A stretch of 64,000 nucleotides of DNA from Candidatus Woesearchaeota archaeon. GTDB taxonomy: Archaea; Nanobdellota; Nanobdellia; SCGC-AAA011-G17; UBA489. The notes below the pieces were generated by a model, which saw only the letters and a list, made by a program, of their open reading frames with translations, ran no database searches and was not told the origin of the DNA. Both the position numbers and the translations under genes were made by a program. The stretch is from positions 21,530 through 85,529 of the forward strand of contig CAYIXG010000007.1 in NCBI GenBank assembly GCA_964367375.1, in the 5' to 3' direction. Positions 26,161 through 34,851 of the stretch are shown here, piece by piece; within the stretch, counting starts at the first letter, position 1, and every line of letters begins with the position of its first letter.

Positions 26161-26829
26161 ATGCAAAGAATGGGAATCACTTTAGGAAGATACACGCTAG
26201 TTACAAGCAAGGTGCGAAGAAAAGGAATTCGAAAGATTACTGCAGAAGAGCAGAGGCAGATAGAATCTTCTTTAGATCGGCTTGCGGAAATACTAAGTAT
26301 AAACATAAAATGGGTGCTTTCTGGAGGGTTAGCAGTAGCAACAACACTCAATACATTCTATAGGGGTCATGATGATCTTGATATTGATGTGTATGCAGCA
26401 GATGTTGAACAAGTGGCTGAGGAAGGAAGACAAAGAGGGTATGACATATTCTCAAGAGAAACAATGGTGAAAATAACGCCAACAAAAAAAGGAGAAATAT
26501 ATAGAAGAATGACGCCTCAGGAAATCGTGAAAGAGGGAAAGAAGAAAGTGCGATTGGTAAGAATAAATGAAAGAAAGCGTATTGCGTTGCAAGGGGGGCT
26601 GCTTGATTATATTGATGTGTATATTAATTATGGTGAAGATGGGTCAAATGTGTTGAGTGGGGGCGCAACATATACAACGCAGTCAGGAAGGATGATTCAT
26701 ATTATTCCATTAGAATATCTGAGCTTTATCAAGCAGAGAGATGGCGAGAATGGTGAAAAAGCGAGGATAGATATGGAAATGATGACAAGAAAGAAAGAGC
26801 ACGTGCCTTTGGTTGAACTGGTGAGGTGA
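26161..26829 (+). CDS. Putative nucleotidyltransferase (pol-beta superfamily fold)
   Basis: LSGGLAVATTLNTFYRGHDDLDIDV fits the G[GS]-x(9-13)-D-h-[DE]-h minimal NTase motif seen in aminoglycoside/lincosamide-NT-like families. Confidence 0.45.
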   Translation: MQRMGITLGRYTLVTSKVRRKGIRKITAEEQRQIESSLDRLAEILSINIKWVLSGGLAVATTLNTFYRGHDDLDIDVYAADVEQVAEEGRQRGYDIFSRETMVKITPTKKGEIYRRMTPQEIVKEGKKKVRLVRINERKRIALQGGLLDYIDVYINYGEDGSNVLSGGATYTTQSGRMIHIIPLEYLSFIKQRDGENGEKARIDMEMMTRKKEHVPLVELVR

Positions 26830-26867
26830 GCGATACGTTTTTATAAGAAGAGAGGTGAGTGAAGTGA

Positions 26868-28643
26868 ATGTCATTCAGTGATAACCCTGTCATCTTTCTG
26901 TGGAGAAAAACCTGGGAGTTTTCAAAGGGGAACAGGCATAAGGTAGTGGTATTTCTTGTCCTCTTTTTTTGTGCAAATGGAGTTTCATTTTTTCTTCCCT
27001 TAGTGCTTGCGAAGCTGCTGAATACAGTGCAAGAGCGAGGAGTAACAACAGAAAGTCTTCCGCTATTGTTAGGTATCACTTCATTCTATTTGGTGTTGCA
27101 GCTTCTTTTTTGGTGTTTTCACGGCCCTGCGCGGGTAACAGAAATGAGAAATGCATTCTTGGTAAAAGTGAATTACAAGAGGTACTTGGTTGAGGGGATT
27201 CTTGCGTTGCCTCCGAAGTGGCATATGGATCATCATTCTGGTGATACGATTGACAAGGTTGAGAAGGCATCAAGAAGCGTGTATGAGTTTGCGATGAGCT
27301 CATTTCAGGTGTTTGAAGCAATATTAAAGCTGGTGAGTTCCTATATTGCGTTAATCTATTTTAATCTGCACGCTGCATACTTGGTGCTGTTCTTGTTGGT
27401 TATTCTTGCATCAATTTTGGGAAGGTTTGATAGAGTGTTGCGAAAAAGGTGGAAAGAATTGCTCGTTCTGGAAAATAGCGCAGCCGCGAAGGTTGTTGAC
27501 ATTTTTACGAACATGATGACAGTGATTATTGTAAGAGTCGAGAAACTGGCTGCGGCAGATATCATGAGAAAGATTATGAGCCCGTTTGAGTTGTTTCGGA
27601 AGACAGTTTCGTTCAGTGAAACGAAATGGTTCATGTTGACTCTGTTTGGGTCGTTAATATATGTGGTGGTGATCGGATCATATCTTATTACTGCAGTTGT
27701 TTCTGGAAAAACAGTGTTAGTTGGCACACTTGCAGCATTGGCTGAGTATATTCACAGGATTAATGATGTGTTTTTCAAGTTCACGTTGAAGTATAACGAT
27801 GTCCTGCGGCAGAAGGTTGCGGTTGAGGCTGTTGAGGAAATGACAAAGGAGTTTAAAGAAAAGGAAAAAATAAAAGGTATAAACTTAAAAAAAGGATGGA
27901 AAAGAATAGAAGTGAAGAAATTGAGCTTTTCGTATCATGGAAATGAAGGTGGTGATCTTCATTTAGATGATGTGTCGTTAACATTTAGGAAGGGAGAAAG
28001 GGTTGCTGTTGTGGGAGAAAGTGGTTCAGGAAAAACAACATTTCTGAAGTTGATAAGAGGGATGTTTGAACCGAAATATGCAGAGATTGTGGTGGATGAT
28101 AAGAAGCTGGAGGATGGTTTTAAGTCATTGCAAGATAATGTTATGTTATTCCCGCAGGATCCTGAGCTTTTTGCGACAACAATTCGTGAGAATATAACTT
28201 TTGGAATACCTTATGCAGAAGGAGAGCTGAGAAGAATCACGAATCTTGCGTGTATCACTGAAGTGATTGATAAACTTCCCAAAGGATTTGAGTCAGTAGT
28301 ATATGAAAAGGGAGTCAATCTGAGTGGCGGAGAAAGGCAACATCTCGCATTAGCGAGGGGAATAGGAGCAAGCAAAGATAAAGAGATTATTCTTCTTGAT
28401 GAGCCTACAAGCAGTATTGATGCAAAGAGCGAGTCAAAGATTTATGAGAATATGCTCAAAGAATGGAGAGGGAAGACAATTGTGTCAACGATGCATCGGT
28501 TGCATCTCATGCACAAGTTTGAAAGAGTGATTGTCTTTGATAAAGGAAAGATTGTTGCTGATGGGAGTGTTGATGAGGTAATGAAAAAATCGCAGAAGTT
28601 TAAAGAGCTGTGGAGAAAATACCATCTGAAGAAGGCTTCATAG
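26868..28643 (+). CDS. ABC exporter, fused permease + ATPase (MsbA/ABCB-like half transporter)
   Basis: Six-TM N-terminal half. Walker A GESGSGKTT, signature LSGGERQHLALARG, Walker B IILLDEPTSSID. Confidence 0.85.
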   Translation: MSFSDNPVIFLWRKTWEFSKGNRHKVVVFLVLFFCANGVSFFLPLVLAKLLNTVQERGVTTESLPLLLGITSFYLVLQLLFWCFHGPARVTEMRNAFLVKVNYKRYLVEGILALPPKWHMDHHSGDTIDKVEKASRSVYEFAMSSFQVFEAILKLVSSYIALIYFNLHAAYLVLFLLVILASILGRFDRVLRKRWKELLVLENSAAAKVVDIFTNMMTVIIVRVEKLAAADIMRKIMSPFELFRKTVSFSETKWFMLTLFGSLIYVVVIGSYLITAVVSGKTVLVGTLAALAEYIHRINDVFFKFTLKYNDVLRQKVAVEAVEEMTKEFKEKEKIKGINLKKGWKRIEVKKLSFSYHGNEGGDLHLDDVSLTFRKGERVAVVGESGSGKTTFLKLIRGMFEPKYAEIVVDDKKLEDGFKSLQDNVMLFPQDPELFATTIRENITFGIPYAEGELRRITNLACITEVIDKLPKGFESVVYEKGVNLSGGERQHLALARGIGASKDKEIILLDEPTSSIDAKSESKIYENMLKEWRGKTIVSTMHRLHLMHKFERVIVFDKGKIVADGSVDEVMKKSQKFKELWRKYHLKKAS

Positions 28644-28659
28644 TAATCATAGGTAAAGG

Positions 28660-28667
28660 TTTATAAA
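28660..28667 (+). promoter_or_regulatory. TATA box (TTTATAAA, preceded by AAAGG) 22 nt upstream of ATG 28690
   Basis: Matches the window-wide AAAGGTTTATAAA consensus and spacing. Confidence 0.45.
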
Positions 28668-28689
28668 AAGGAGGAAAAGGAAAGAAAGG

Positions 28690-29133
28690 ATGGCAGATGT
28701 GATGTTTTTCGGGCAATATGAAGATGTTATCTTAGGTGATATTCCTGGGTATGCATGTGAGCCAGCAAGTAGGACAATCGGTCAAGGGTATTTTGTAGCA
28801 GCGAGTGACGCTGATCCAGGAAGAGTCTTTCCTGTGGATAATCCTGCAGACATGAAGATAGATTTCATGAAGGAGCAATACAGAGCCCCTTTTGATAGAA
28901 CAAGTGGAGTGGAGAGGATAGCTGTAGGGGTGACAATAGCATTGAATACAATTTTATATAATGGGAGTCAGTTGATGTTATATCTTGGAAATGCTGAGCA
29001 GGTTATTGCAAAAGGAACGAAAGCGAGTGCGAATGAAGATCCTGCAGAGGCATCTTTTATGAGAATGCGAATGCCATTGACAGGGGAGCAGAAGGCAGGG
29101 TTGCTTGCACTCTTGGATGAAAGTTCAAGATAA
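28690..29133 (+). CDS. Hypothetical cytoplasmic protein (147 aa)
   Basis: Clean ORF with its own TATA box; no motif recognised. Confidence 0.5.
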   Translation: MADVMFFGQYEDVILGDIPGYACEPASRTIGQGYFVAASDADPGRVFPVDNPADMKIDFMKEQYRAPFDRTSGVERIAVGVTIALNTILYNGSQLMLYLGNAEQVIAKGTKASANEDPAEASFMRMRMPLTGEQKAGLLALLDESSR

Positions 29134-29141
29134 GGAAAGCG

Positions 29142-30182
29142 TTATTCTTTTTTCCATTTTGCTCTGACGCGGAAGAAGATGAAGAGTAAAACAATAACAA
29201 TGACTCCCGTAATGTAGAAGGTAAAGACTTTTTTCTTTGTGAATTTCTCGTCTTTCTCAAGAGTTTCTTCAATAGTTTCTTCGACAGTTTGCCCTGGTTC
29301 TTCAGGAGAAGTTTGCTGGGGCGGTTGTCCGAAGAGGTCTTGAGGAAAGAGAGGTGTTTGGTTAGGTTCTAGAGGAGGAGCAGGTGGGGGAGCAGTGCCG
29401 TTAGTTAAAGTGTAAGGGGTGTCACAGTTGGTGAATGCTTGGTGTCCGCACACAAGAGGTTCTTCAACAGATGCGCGTTCGATGATGTTGCCTTGGGTGA
29501 GGGGGAAGCGAACAATGTATGTGTCTCGTTCTGTTTCTTCGACAGTCATGTTCGGTGGCCATTCTTGTTCAAAATGTTCTTTTGTTCCGTAAAAGACATA
29601 ACGAACACCAAAGAGAGGATCAATGTCTGTGTACAATCCCTGTTCTAGTCCGCGATAGGTGAGTGTTAAGTAGTTGTTTTCGTTCATGCAGCTGAGGATG
29701 TCAAGGAAAACTGCGTCGCACCCGTATGGTTGAACTCCAGGGCATTCAACTTCTGTAAAGGTCGTGCAAAACGGGAGGGGGGTGAGAATGCAGCTGGATT
29801 TGCTGAATTGGCATTGGGTAGGGTAACAATGGGGATACGTAAGCGTGATGTGATATTTTGCAGGGTGGGTGAGAACGTTCTTTTGCGAAGTGAAAAGAGT
29901 TGTTTGAGAAGGTGAAAGAATGCTGGTATCCCAATTTCCTGGTGAGGGGATTGGAAAATTAGTAGTGTAAGGAGTATTCACGCGAGGATGCTCGTACACA
30001 ATAAAAGGGTTTGGAGTAATGGTGATGCGGTTCGTATGCACCTCAGTGTCTCCGATGTTTGTTACAGCAAATCGGTAAGCACCGTTTGCTAAACACTGGA
30101 TGTTTTGAATGTCAAGTTCAGCATATGCAGAAGCAGAGGGAATAAGGATGAGAAGAATGAATAAGAGAATAATGGTGCGCAT
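29142..30182 (-). CDS. Cys-containing type-I membrane surface protein with a Pro-rich stalk
   Basis: Signal peptide MRTIILLFILLILIPSASA. 12 Cys. Stalk PPPAPPLEPNQTPLFPQDLFGQPPQQTSPEEPGQ. C-terminal TM VFTFYITGVIVIVLLFIFF followed by RVRAKWKKE. Confidence 0.6.
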   Translation of the reverse strand: MRTIILLFILLILIPSASAYAELDIQNIQCLANGAYRFAVTNIGDTEVHTNRITITPNPFIVYEHPRVNTPYTTNFPIPSPGNWDTSILSPSQTTLFTSQKNVLTHPAKYHITLTYPHCYPTQCQFSKSSCILTPLPFCTTFTEVECPGVQPYGCDAVFLDILSCMNENNYLTLTYRGLEQGLYTDIDPLFGVRYVFYGTKEHFEQEWPPNMTVEETERDTYIVRFPLTQGNIIERASVEEPLVCGHQAFTNCDTPYTLTNGTAPPPAPPLEPNQTPLFPQDLFGQPPQQTSPEEPGQTVEETIEETLEKDEKFTKKKVFTFYITGVIVIVLLFIFFRVRAKWKKE

Positions 30183-30259
30183 ACAATGAAAAAGAGTGAG
30201 ATATTTATAAGGGTTGTGTTGAATCGAAAGGTTAATAGGGATGAGGTGAAAATGAAAGA

Positions 30260-30853
30260 GTGATGAGAAGGGTGTTTATAGTGCATTGTTGGGGTGGAAA
30301 TCCGAAGTACGCATGGTATCCGTGGGTAAAGGAAGAATTAGAGAAAGAGAATATAAAAGTGAAAGTACTAAAAATGCCGCACACGCAAAAACCGAAAATG
30401 AAAGAGTGGGTAAAAAAACTAGGAGAGGTTGTTGGCATTCCTGATGAGAACACAATTCTTATTGGCCATAGTATTGGGTGCCAGACAATTCTTCGCTATC
30501 TCGAATCATTGCAAAAAAAGGTGAAGGTTAGAGGTATCATATTGGTCGCTGGATTTTACACATTGAATAAAGAAAGATTAGCAAATAATGAAGAGCATGC
30601 AATTATTAATCCATGGTTGACAACACCTATTGATCATGCAAAAGTCAGGGAACACACAAAGGAGATCATTGCAATATTATCTGACACTGATCCTTGGGTG
30701 CCTTTGGAAAATAAAGGGCTATTGAAGAAAAAACTAGGTGCTGAGGTGATAGTTGAGCGTGGGTGTGGTCATTTTTCTGAAGAGGATAACTGCAAAGAGT
30801 TGCCTATAGTGGTGCAAAAGGTGCTTGCGATGAGGGAAACTTCTAAAAGATGA
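30260..30853 (+). CDS. Alpha/beta serine hydrolase (RBBP9/YdeN-like)
   Basis: VFIVHCWGGNPKYAWYPW plus nucleophile elbow LIGHSIGC, with a late GHF. The ~190-aa size is typical of this family. Confidence 0.6.
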   Translation: MMRRVFIVHCWGGNPKYAWYPWVKEELEKENIKVKVLKMPHTQKPKMKEWVKKLGEVVGIPDENTILIGHSIGCQTILRYLESLQKKVKVRGIILVAGFYTLNKERLANNEEHAIINPWLTTPIDHAKVREHTKEIIAILSDTDPWVPLENKGLLKKKLGAEVIVERGCGHFSEEDNCKELPIVVQKVLAMRETSKR

Positions 30854-30966
30854 AGAACGCGTTAAAATGTGAACGCTGTGGATTTGTATTTGCAAAAATT
30901 ACAAAGCAAGAATGCAATTATATATGCCCAAAATGCGGGTTCAAGATAAGCTGCTCATTTGAGTAA
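30850..30966 (+). CDS. Zinc-ribbon mini-protein (38 aa), absent from the ORF track
   Basis: Sequence MKNALKCERCGFVFAKITKQECNYICPKCGFKISCSFE, with a CxxC-x16-CxxC pattern. Its ATG overlaps the hydrolase stop (ATGA). Confidence 0.5.
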   Translation: MKNALKCERCGFVFAKITKQECNYICPKCGFKISCSFE

Positions 30967-30969
30967 GCA

Positions 30970-31095
30970 TTATCTTCTCCGTTTCTTAGATATAAAAGAG
31001 CATTCAATCCAGTATTTGAAGGACATGCCTGCTAAGAATCCTGCTATGAAATAGATCCATATAGGATAGGGATGGTGAATAAGGCTTTCAACCAT
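30970..31095 (-). CDS. Tiny single-TM protein (41 aa), paralogue 2
   Basis: Hand translation: MVESLIHHPYPIWIYFIAGFLAGMSFKYWIECSFISKKRRR. It shares the YFIAG[LF]LAG[VM]S[YF] core with the adjacent 48-aa ORF. Confidence 0.35.
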   Translation of the reverse strand: MVESLIHHPYPIWIYFIAGFLAGMSFKYWIECSFISKKRRR

Positions 31096-31110
31096 CGTAA
31101 ATGCATGTCA

Positions 31111-31257
31111 TTACCGTTTTTTTCCGCGAGAGCCAACTTGGCTTCGCCTTTGGCGCGCGATGTAATACATGTAGGACACTCCTGCGAGGAGTCCTGCAAT
31201 AAAGTAAACGATTGCTGGGTTAAAGCATATAGGTTGTGAAAATCCTGGAGCTACCAT
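31111..31257 (-). CDS. Tiny single-TM protein (48 aa), paralogue 1
   Basis: Hand translation: MVAPGFSQPICFNPAIVYFIAGLLAGVSYMYYIARQRRSQVGSRGKKR, one TM followed by a basic tail. Confidence 0.35.
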   Translation of the reverse strand: MVAPGFSQPICFNPAIVYFIAGLLAGVSYMYYIARQRRSQVGSRGKKR

Positions 31258-31406
31258 TACATTCACCTCTCTTTTGTTCGTAGCAAATAGGCTAGCTTTA
31301 GAGGAGGATTACTTCTTTTTAAAGCTATCTTTTTTCTATCTCTACTGGAGAGTAATAGGTTTCACAGGAAAGAAAGGTTTAAATGAAAAGGAGAGAAAAA
31401 AAGAGG

Positions 31407-32123
31407 ATGACGGATCTTCTTTTTTTGCAGGATGCGTATTGCAAGGAGTGCGAGGCAGTGGTGGAAGAGGTGTATGATAAAGAAGTGGTGTTGAATAAGA
31501 CCATTTTTTATTACACCAGTGGTGGGCAACCACATGATACAGGAATTATAATAAAAGAGGGGAAAGAATACAAGGTTATTGCAGTGCAAAAGAGGGAAGG
31601 AAAAGTCATGCACCAGCTTGATCAACCAGGATTAGTGAAGGGAGACAAGGTGATATGCAAGATTGATTGGGAGAGGCGCTATCAACTCATGAGGTATCAC
31701 ACAGCGCTGCATGTGTTGTCAGCAGTCTTTCATAAGGAAGCAGGAGTTGAAATTACAGGCAATCAACTGGATGTGGATAAGTCGCGTGTTGATTTGAGTT
31801 TTGAAAAGTATGATCCGATAGTGGTACAACGTTTGGTTGAGAAGACGAATGAAATACTTGCAGAAGATGTGCCGGTGAAAGTGTATAGTATCTCGACAGA
31901 GGAAGCAGTACAAGATCCTTCATTGGTGAAGCTTGCGAATAAGGATTTTTTGAGTAAGTTGAAAGAAGTGCGGATTGTAGAGATTGTAGGGATTGATAGG
32001 CAGGCAGATGGCGGCACACATGTGCATATATTAAATGAAGTGGGAACAATAGAAATAGTGAAAACAGAAAATAAGGGGCAGGGAAGAAAGAGAGTGTATT
32101 TTGTTCTCAAGGAAAAAAGCTAA
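31407..32123 (+). CDS. alaX: AlaX-type alanyl-tRNA editing protein
   Basis: N-terminus LLFLQDAYCKECEAVV, HxxxH motif (RYHTALHVLSAVFH) and GGTHV motif (DRQADGGTHV). The ATG at 31407 is preferred over 31383. Confidence 0.75.
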   Translation: MTDLLFLQDAYCKECEAVVEEVYDKEVVLNKTIFYYTSGGQPHDTGIIIKEGKEYKVIAVQKREGKVMHQLDQPGLVKGDKVICKIDWERRYQLMRYHTALHVLSAVFHKEAGVEITGNQLDVDKSRVDLSFEKYDPIVVQRLVEKTNEILAEDVPVKVYSISTEEAVQDPSLVKLANKDFLSKLKEVRIVEIVGIDRQADGGTHVHILNEVGTIEIVKTENKGQGRKRVYFVLKEKS

Positions 32124-32155
32124 ATATTTAAATAATAAAGAAAGACAAATAAAAG

Positions 32156-34093
32156 GTGGTCGAGAAAAAAAAGAGGAGAAATGAACTTATTGTTATACTT
32201 ATAGGAATAGGATTACTTCTTTTTTTGGTAACGTCTCAAGAAACAAAGACAGGAAATGTATCACGTCAGTTACCCTCATTGGCTCTTCAGTCAAACCTTG
32301 CAGGTTTGGGAATAGCAACACCAAATGGAATAATGGTAAGAACAAATAATGATGTTATAAGTCCTCTCGTGGTGACAGCGTATGCAGGAAATCAAAAGGT
32401 TCAGCTTTCTGGAGGGACTATTCACATGAATGGGGTAAATGTTCCAGTCACAGTAGTACGAGGGGAGATGGTTGCTGTACTTGATAGTCAAACATCTGGA
32501 TTAGCAACATTGACGTATACTACTACAATAAATGGGCAAACAGTGACACATGTAGAGCAAGTGATTATTGATAACGATGCTCCACAAGTAGTCATGATAG
32601 CATCATCAAGTTCGAGTAGAGAGTTTGTTATACAGGATGATACTACAGGCGGAGTAAATTTTCGCGTAGGATATGTAATGAGCAATAATCAAGTTGTATG
32701 GCTAGACCAGTCTTCATACAAATTTCAGCAGTATCAAAATGGATTTCGGGTGAACATTCAAGGAGTTGATTCAGCAAATATGTATTTTGTGATTGTGCAG
32801 GATAGTCTTGGAAATGCAGAAGCGGTTGTGTTAAAGGAGCAAAGTGCAGATGTTATTACAGGTCTTGCTGCGCTTACTGGTTTTCAGACGAAGGAGCCAG
32901 GTGGGAAAGAGCCAGGAAAAGAACCACGACCAACAGGGAATCCAGTCTGCGGGAATGGGAAGAAGGAAGGCAGTGAGCAGTGTGATCCTCCAGGAGCACA
33001 CCAGCAATGTGGGAATAACAAAGTATGCGCAACTAACTGCCAATGCCAAGTCGTTGCTACCTGTGGTAATGGTAAACTAGACGCGGGGGAACAATGTGAA
33101 CGTGGAACGACAAACACATGTCCAGCTCTTTTTGTATGCCAGCCAAACTGCCAATGTAGGCGTTCTGATTACCCAGACCAATGGTATCCTGGACCATACA
33201 GCGGCTACTCATACACACCGATCCAAGCAAGCCTCTTCTGCGGCAACAGCAAAGTCGAACTCCAACTCGGAGAAGAATGCGACCCACCAGTAGCAGGACC
33301 ACCGCCCACCTGTTGCCCAGACTGCAAAAAACCGTACAAATTGTTTATATGTGTTAAATTCAAAAACCAGAGGAATGCAAATTTTGATCCGCAACAATTT
33401 GCAACAAATTTGCAGCAACAGTTACAGAATGTGCTTGGCGGCACTGCATTTGGTGCAGGAGCAGCTATTAGGGTGTCTGTTGTGGATAGTCGAGGAGTAA
33501 ATCCTGCAGTGATAGGTCCAAATGAGTTGGTTGCGGCAACAGAAACAACGGGAAGTGATCCAGATTGTGCAGGTAAAGTTAGCCTGGTAGTGTACGATGA
33601 TGTGAGTAATGGAAATCCTGAAACGTATCATGTAACAATGAGGAGGTTAGATAGAGGGGGCATAACGCATCATACAAATCCGGGTCTAAACAATCAGGAT
33701 CCTCAGGGAGCTCCAATGGCATCTTTCATATCCATAAGCGATTTTGAGGGAGATGTTGCAGCGAATGGTGTAACTGCAGGATATTTAACGATTGTGCATG
33801 AAATTGTGCATCAATTGATTGGAGCATCTGGCCAGTCTACATTGCAAACAGGGCGCGATTTTAGTGGGAATACTGTTCCATATGATCATGTGATTATTGA
33901 TGGAAATATCATGCTACCATCAGCAACAGTGAATCTTCGTGATGGGGATAGAAGAATAGGAATATATAAGATAGGAGCAAATGTAGAGCAGTGGCAGAAG
34001 GATTTGATTAATCTTGCCGTATTAAATGCGAGGTGTCATGGCACAACATCAGGATCTTCAGGAGGCGCAACAACAAATGGGTGGTTTGCGTAA
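32156..34093 (+). CDS. Secreted Cys-rich-repeat / HExxH zincin-like protein, paralogue B (645 aa)
   Basis: Collinear with paralogue A. Anchor LIVILIGIGLLLFLV, hinge LTGFQTKEPGGKEPGK, the same 17 Cys positions, HExxH in IVHEIVHQLIG, and the identical C-terminus GGATTNGWFA. Confidence 0.75.
   Translation: MVEKKKRRNELIVILIGIGLLLFLVTSQETKTGNVSRQLPSLALQSNLAGLGIATPNGIMVRTNNDVISPLVVTAYAGNQKVQLSGGTIHMNGVNVPVTVVRGEMVAVLDSQTSGLATLTYTTTINGQTVTHVEQVIIDNDAPQVVMIASSSSSREFVIQDDTTGGVNFRVGYVMSNNQVVWLDQSSYKFQQYQNGFRVNIQGVDSANMYFVIVQDSLGNAEAVVLKEQSADVITGLAALTGFQTKEPGGKEPGKEPRPTGNPVCGNGKKEGSEQCDPPGAHQQCGNNKVCATNCQCQVVATCGNGKLDAGEQCERGTTNTCPALFVCQPNCQCRRSDYPDQWYPGPYSGYSYTPIQASLFCGNSKVELQLGEECDPPVAGPPPTCCPDCKKPYKLFICVKFKNQRNANFDPQQFATNLQQQLQNVLGGTAFGAGAAIRVSVVDSRGVNPAVIGPNELVAATETTGSDPDCAGKVSLVVYDDVSNGNPETYHVTMRRLDRGGITHHTNPGLNNQDPQGAPMASFISISDFEGDVAANGVTAGYLTIVHEIVHQLIGASGQSTLQTGRDFSGNTVPYDHVIIDGNIMLPSATVNLRDGDRRIGIYKIGANVEQWQKDLINLAVLNARCHGTTSGSSGGATTNGWFA
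32858..33343. repeat. Inverted repeat arm 2 (Cys-rich module of paralogue B)
   Basis: See arm 1 (24612-25097). Most differences are at third codon positions. Confidence 0.8.
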
Positions 34094-34102
34094 GGAGAGA
34101 AA

Positions 34103-34834
34103 TTAAGGAAGAATGTGTGTGCTTCCTCGTCCATTGCTTTTTGCTAAGCGAAGAGCTTCGTTCGCTTTTCCAAGAAGGTCTAATGGTTCATGAATTATTT
34201 CATGATTTCCAGAAACATAAAGATGACCTCCAATGGTTGCAGTAATCCTATTATATCCCATGCACATGTCTGGTCGATAGTGTTCTTCTGCGTTGACAAT
34301 GGTGGGTGTTCGGGAAATAGGTGTTCTGCTGATGGCTCCAGAAAGGCGGTGAAGGATAGAAGGAAAAATACCGTGCTCAATTTGTGCAAAGCTCAGGCGT
34401 CCTTGTCCGTTTCCTAAGGGAAAGAGGTAGAAGGTTGCAAATTCGTCTCCGCCAAATCGTCCGCCAAATTTCTTGCTGAGTGCTGATCGTTCCTCTTCAC
34501 CAAAATGGGTGACAACATCGGTGTCTCTTTGAAAGTCATGAATAGTTCTTCCGACAGTTTCTATGAGTGTGTCTCCTTGTACTTCTCCGTATAATTTATT
34601 GTAGGCTCCAAATGAGTCTCCGTCAAGCATGACAACACCTATTCCGAGGAGAGAAGGAAACATGTTTGTAAGGTCTAATGATTCTCCTAATGCGTGCAAG
34701 AATCCTTGTTTGTTTGCAAGTTGGGTAAGTTGATCTGTCAAGAACAATGCACGAATGTGTGCTGCTTGCTCTGCAGGAATGCCTACAAGGAGGGTTTCAA
34801 GTTTTTCGATAGTGTGATGATTCTGCATATGCAT
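34103..34834 (-). CDS. Stand-alone GGDEF-domain protein (putative diguanylate cyclase)
   Basis: Motifs in the canonical GGDEF-domain order: DQLTQLANKQGF, VVMLDGDSFGAYNKLYGEVQGDTLI, RFGGDEFATF, ITATIGG, and LLGKANEALRLAKSNGRGS. Confidence 0.7.
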   Translation of the reverse strand: MHMQNHHTIEKLETLLVGIPAEQAAHIRALFLTDQLTQLANKQGFLHALGESLDLTNMFPSLLGIGVVMLDGDSFGAYNKLYGEVQGDTLIETVGRTIHDFQRDTDVVTHFGEEERSALSKKFGGRFGGDEFATFYLFPLGNGQGRLSFAQIEHGIFPSILHRLSGAISRTPISRTPTIVNAEEHYRPDMCMGYNRITATIGGHLYVSGNHEIIHEPLDLLGKANEALRLAKSNGRGSTHILP

Positions 34835-34851
34835 TATCCATTAAAATTTAC

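Noticed and set aside
25663-26363. Four overlapping ORFs (25663-25947, 25916-26113, 26064-26363, 26070-26351).
   Set aside because: They cover the divergent promoter region and the tRNA-Ser gene, which folds convincingly. None has a motif or plausible start context.
22823-34100. An integrated element bounded by a duplicated tRNA 3' half (att sites) using tRNA-iMet as the target.
   Set aside because: By eye I found no second copy of the tRNA 3' half (GGTTCAAATCCATCCCCCGCT) in the window. Only the 7-nt 5' AGCGGGG is duplicated, and no integrase is present. A computational repeat search is still advisable.
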